DNA of 64,000 nucleotides from Eledone cirrhosa (lineage: Eukaryota): NCBI GenBank assembly GCA_964016885.1, contig OZ024740.1:310806001-310870000 (forward strand). The letters run 5' to 3'. Below, one piece after another: positions 57,743 through 64,000 of the stretch. The notes beneath the pieces are model-generated. The model had not been told where the DNA came from, made no database searches, and saw only the letters and a program-made list of their open reading frames with translations. The stretch's first letter is position 1, and each line of letters opens with the position of its first letter. A program made the translations under genes and the position numbers.

Positions 57743-57785
<43 letters not shown>

Positions 57786-57926
57786 TATATATATATATAC
57801 ATATATATATACATATATACATATATATATACATATTATATATATATATATACACATAATAGATATATATATATATATACATAATAAATATAAATATGTA
57901 TATATATATATATATATGTGTGTGTG

Positions 57927-58022
<96 letters not shown>

Positions 58023-58525
58023 CGTATGTGTCTGCGTGTGTGTGTGTAATAAAGGTGTTTGGCTTAGCGGTTAGAACGTGAGGTTGTGTATTCGCTGCCG
58101 AACACGAGTGGTGCGTTATGTCCTTCAGCAATACACTTTATTTCACGTTGCTACTGTTCACATCACTGGCGCGGAGAGTGGAAACTGATATGCAGTGGTG
58201 ATTGCTCGTCTTCCACACAAACACCTGCATGGCCTTGTCTCAGGGAACTTCCATATGATTGCTTCAACTTGTCCTTCTAACAAGTTTATACCCTCCCATG
58301 TCAATGCAGATCACTTATCAATCCAGCAACTGATTTACAAGGACTTTGACATGAGTAACAGATGTATTCTAGCATGTGTACTGGATTTATAGGACCAGGG
58401 TGTGGAATGCACCTTTATCTCTCTAAAATGGCTATCTGAATACACATGTATGATTTTTTTTCTCAATATTTCCGTTTCTTCCTCTTCTCACTCTTCATCT
58501 TTTTATTTCAACTTTTATTTCTCAT

Positions 58526-58562
58526 TCTTTCTGATGAAGGACTAGCGCCTCAAACGTTAAGA
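58526..58562 (+). ncRNA. Degenerate minimal hammerhead motif
   Basis: tcttt-CTGATGA-agg actagcg cct-cAAA-cgtta-aga (G12 lost); related GAAACGTTAAGA..aagcgttaa tail at 61050-61100. Confidence 0.45.
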
Positions 58563-58694
58563 CACTTTTCCTATTATTTTAAGCGTTAAACTAATATGGT
58601 TCTTCATTGAACTGTGGCGTTTACTTTGTTATTTATTTTTATATTTTACACACACACACACATACACACACACACATACACACACACACACACA

Positions 58695-59711
<1,017 letters not shown>

Positions 59712-59719
59712 CGATTGGC

Positions 59720-60172
59720 GCTCTGAAATAGCGATGTATACATGAATGTATGTATAGTATATTTGGCAATATACTGTATGTTTAATTAAAAACATGTTGA
59801 AGACCTTGCGCTATTATTTTAAAGTAGTGACTATGTCACTTACTTCTTTTTTCAACAAAGGAAGGGAGATAAGCTGACAGATCTGTTTCACACTGTTGGT
59901 GTTCATTTGAGCTTAGAACTCGCCGACCTTTGCTGAAAATTATAGAGGCTGGATTCTTATAGAATTCCAGTAATAATCAGGAACTGATTATACAGACCGA
60001 TTGCTGGTCCAGCAAAAATTGAAAATTAGGATTGGTGTTCTGGAATAACGATGTATACATGAATGTATGTATAGTATATTTGGCAATATACTGTATGTTT
60101 AATTAAAAACATTTTGAAGACCTTGCGCTATTACTTTAAAGTAGTGACTATGTTACTTCTTTTTTCAACAAA
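59720..60172. repeat. ~135-bp direct duplication
   Basis: cgatgtatacatgaatg..tttcaacaaa at ~59731-59859 and ~60049-60172. Confidence 0.88.
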
Positions 60173-60429
60173 ATACGCTCCCATGTACACAGAGGTGACC
60201 TTTCAATCCAGCAACTTTGACACAGTTAACAGACTTATGCCACCGTGTGTACTGGGTTGATTGGACCAGGATGTGGAATTTCATGTTGTTGAACCTTCAT
60301 CTCTCTAAAATGACTGTCTGAATACGCACATGTGTCTTTTTCTGATTTTTTTTTCGTTTCATCCTCTTTTCACTCTCACCGAACCTTTCCACGCATTTTT
60401 TCTTCATCAACATCCACGTTAATGGATGA

Positions 60430-60700
60430 GTATTGTTACCTATTGTACAGCCTGCCAGGTCTTCAGATAGGTTTCATTCGTTGATTTGGCCGATGAGGTC
60501 CTCTGTGCTGTCACATACGCCTGGAGACATTTTAATTATGGTGCGCATGGAGAGGAAGTAGTTGTCTGTAGTTTTGCTGACAATATTGACTCCACAGACT
60601 GGCTACTTCGGGGGTCCTGTAACCGGATCACTATTTGGAATATGGTCTTTGCGAAGTCCTCACAACGTCAGTATGTCATTGTTCAAGGACTGATAATTTT
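60430..60700 (-). pseudogene. Decayed PLE RT fragment (Naiad/Chlamys-like)
   Basis: By-eye translation GLRKDH..DPVTGPP..PVCG..VCDSTEDLI. Confidence 0.6.
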
Positions 60701-61218
60701 TAGCTGTACGCTTGTTTGGTTGCATTATGATAGATCACATCATCATATGAGCGTTGAGATGTTTTTCTTTCTATTTCTCTTGTGGTGTTGTTTCTCTTGT
60801 GCTGATGCTGTGGGGTTTCATTGCCTAGATGTAATTTTAGAGGCTGTCTACTGGCAGTCTGCATGACGCATGGTTTGCATAAGCTCATGCAGCGCACCAG
60901 AAATGGAGAGACTTTACGTTCCCCAACAGGTAAGTCCGGTAGAAAGTCAAACTACATATAGGCAATGCAGCCCCACATAATCAATACAAGAGAAACACCA
61001 TAACAACAGTATGAGGAAAGAGGGAAAATCTCAATGCTCACTAGCATCCGAAACGTTAAGATCCTCTTCCTGCTATTTCAAGCGTTAACCTAATATATTC
61101 CTTCGATATACTGTACTGATTGTGTTGTTATTTCTGTTTACCTTTTACATACATATGTGTGTATGTTCGGGGGGGGGTACGCGTATGTGTGTGTGTGAGA
61201 GAGAGAGAGCGTGTGAGT

Positions 61219-61925
61219 GTACAATGCTCTGCTGAAGGGTTCATAGGCTGACCAAAATACTCTGGTGGAATGTGACTAAATGAGGTTTATTTTTCAACTT
61301 AATCTACCTTGCAGTCCGCACTCTTCGGTGTTGCAGTGATTGGATTCCATTCCATTGGTGAAGCTGTTTTCGTCCTGTTTTGTCAAAAAAAGCCATCAAT
61401 AGTAAATATGACGTCATCGCTACGATTTTGATTCCCAGTCAAGTGTTATTCCATGTTGGGGAACGTTGTGGAACAAATAATAGTCAGATGAGGCCAATTC
61501 AGGAGAATAGGGAGGGTGATAAACCAGTTCAAAGCCACAGTCAACCCCATTTCATCAGTTTTCCTGGGCGTTTGGTCTTCATAACATTTTGTAATTGCCC
61601 TAGCATGCTGGCATAGTACTCTCCATTGATGGTGTGGCCCTTTTAAAGATAGTCAATAAACACTATGACAAAAAGAAAACTGAAGCCATGACCTTCCCTG
61701 CAGATGAAACGACCTTGGCATTCTTTGGAGCAGGTGAGTAGTGGCGTCAGCACTGCATAGATTCTCTTTGTCTCTGGCTCAAAGTGATGCACCCAACACT
61801 CATCCTGAGTTAGAAAACGTTCAAGGAAAACAGCTGAATCTGCCCAAACAATGTCAGGTTTTCCCTTGGGGTGATCAGCCTTGTGCGCTTTTGATCAGGT
61901 GTATAAGCATGTGAAATATACGAGC
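61219..61925 (-). mobile_element. Decayed mariner transposon (catalytic-domain fragment and 3' end)
   Basis: ERFLTQDECWVHHFEPETK..AKVVSSAGKVMASVF..FIDYL.KGHTINGEYY..KTKRPGKL. Confidence 0.8.
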
Positions 61926-61967
61926 ATTACTGTATTTTCGAGGCAATTGACTATGTTAAGCTAATTG

Positions 61968-62130
61968 ATGGTGTGTTAGAAAGTGGTTAGAATGTTGGAC
62001 TCGTGTTTGTGAGACCTTAAGTTCGATTCTTGGACCAGAGATTGTATTATGTCACTGAACAAGACACTTCATTTCACGCTGTTGTTCAAATTCACTCAGC
62101 TGCAACAATTTAGTTGGGACGTCACAGATG
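61968..62130 (+). mobile_element. tRNA-derived SINE (family B-like), diverged
   Basis: agtggttagaatgttggactc..gttcgattc..aagacacttcatttcacg. Confidence 0.65.
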
Positions 62131-64000
62131 CCAAGCGTTATCGGGCTTTGTCTTTCCCTTCAACGACATCGATGGTATGGCGAAGACTAGTATATATGAT
62201 TGCCTACTGGTCTACCACAAAACAATTTTTTCAGGCTTGCACATTGGAGGGGAACTTTCCACGTGTAAAAAATTGTCAGTCATGAAAGAGAAGTGGGTGT
62301 CTTTCATAATTATATAACTTTCACAATATCATTAATTCTTATATACGGTTAATAGTCTTTCAAAATCTAATGTCGGATAACCAAAAAGTAACTAAAAACA
62401 AATGTTTGCTATGGAGTTTGTTATGGTTATTTTCATACAAAGTTTCCTAAACAGATATTGTGGTATTCGTATGTATCTAAAACGTATCATTGTTATGTGT
62501 AAAGTTAAAAGATGCTGCACATTCGTTGAAAGACTGTCTTAGGAACGTTTCCTTCTTCAAGATGTTTATCGCCTCATTAATAACGGCTCACTAAATTTCG
62601 ATCAACAATTGCGTACTTATTGTAACGTGAGCCCTACCGAACTTGATGTTAAGATTCTTTAATTAAAATTACACTGATAGTTATAGGAACAAATTATTAT
62701 TTTAATTACTATTTCTGGTCAAGGAAGGTAGAAGAGAAACGCCTAATCAGGGAATACAATAAGGAGTATTCTAATATTTAATAGTACGCTAACAACTCGA
62801 AACATGTTTAACCTTGTTTGCATTCATAGGTTTATTCGGTGCTGTAACCTAATTTCAATTCTTAGTCAAAAGTATATTTTCTATTCCAATAATAGCTTTG
62901 GGAAAGTTTTGGAGGTTAATAGGTTTAATTTCTCACTCCTAAAACTTCAAATATTTTTCCTATTTAAATAAATGGCTTAGTGAATGCTTAACTCTATGCA
63001 AGTGACGTGATGTTATACAACCCATATATAATTTGATTCGGTTAAAATGAATAAAATAGTCATCAATGTTTCTAAAGAAGCGAAAGCTCTGTTAAACAGA
63101 TGCGATATATTTTTGACATAATATCTGCCAAAACTTAGAACAACAGAAGTTATTTTGAAACTTTGTAGAGGTACAATTGTGTTTGGTGTGATGATCCGTT
63201 TAAACAGAATAAATGTAAAATAACCGAATAAAAATCAATTCTAAAGAAAACTGATGGATCAAAATAATACCAATATTACAGAAGATCAATACACCCTGAA
63301 ATATAAACAATGAGTTCTCAAGATGATAAGTAGAACATTAGGAATATTCTTCGTCATTTGTTAAGCCTATTGATACTTTTCGATGTACACCAACTAAATA
63401 AAATACCATCGAAATAAAGTTTAGTTTATTTCATTAAACGGTAAATACTATTATTGGAATTGTGTGGCTTATTTTGGATGTTTTTAGAAGTGATTGGATA
63501 AACTATTAATATTATTTTATTTATTCAGCAAGAATAGAAGTTTACTCCAAAGGTATTTTGTCTTATGGCCTCATTAGTTTGTTAGCATTAATTTAACTAT
63601 TCTTTCCTTTATACAGAAGGCATATCTGAATCCTTTAATTTCCACAGAATTCTAATTCCATACGTCAATCAATTACAATTTTGTGCACCAACTTATAAGA
63701 ATGTTTCATAACAACGTCGCCAAATACAGAGAAGACTAGAATGCACTGAAGACCGACACATAACTGGAATTACCTTGAATGTTTCCTAAAAAATAAGTAG
63801 AATAATTCTAATATAAATTACTGACTAATACTGATTCCTTAACGAATAATAAATAGTTATAGTTTGCTTTTGATGCTCCAATTAAATATGCAGTCACGAC
63901 CTTAAGTATTGTTCTTCAAACAGATTACATTTTCATGCGGTTAACATTAATGTCTCATTTATAGCTTGAGGTTTAGGATGCTTAATTAATGAAATGTATG

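Noticed and set aside
62300-64000. AT-rich unique sequence
   Set aside because: No ORF, repeat or structure I can support

Overview
AT-rich, microsatellite-saturated eukaryotic DNA with no convincing host gene; the SINE repertoire and (TA)n load suggest an octopus/cephalopod (inference). The YIYI/THTH/CVCV ORFs are microsatellite artefacts. Mobile-element content: a near full-length Tx1/L1-group LINE (40238-46090), an RTE-type LINE with an inverted 5' part (31434-34760), a 5'-truncated CR1-group LINE, R4/Dong-type relics, two mariner relics, a hAT MITE, a Helitron 3' end, tRNA-derived SINEs and Penelope-like element (PLE) remnants. The main unexplained pattern: many short unique-looking segments between (TA)n arrays are inverted-repeat/fold-back modules carrying type I hammerhead ribozyme motifs (CTGANGA-stem II-GAAA-stem III-TH). 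About nine distinct hammerhead sequence types were found by eye, most with 3' tails pointing outward into TA arrays and several sharing a (TT)GAGTGCT tail motif. This looks like a dense population of non-coding, (TA)n-targeted PLE/retrozyme-like insertions formed by twin-priming-like integration. All structures were paired by eye and nothing was computed or searched.
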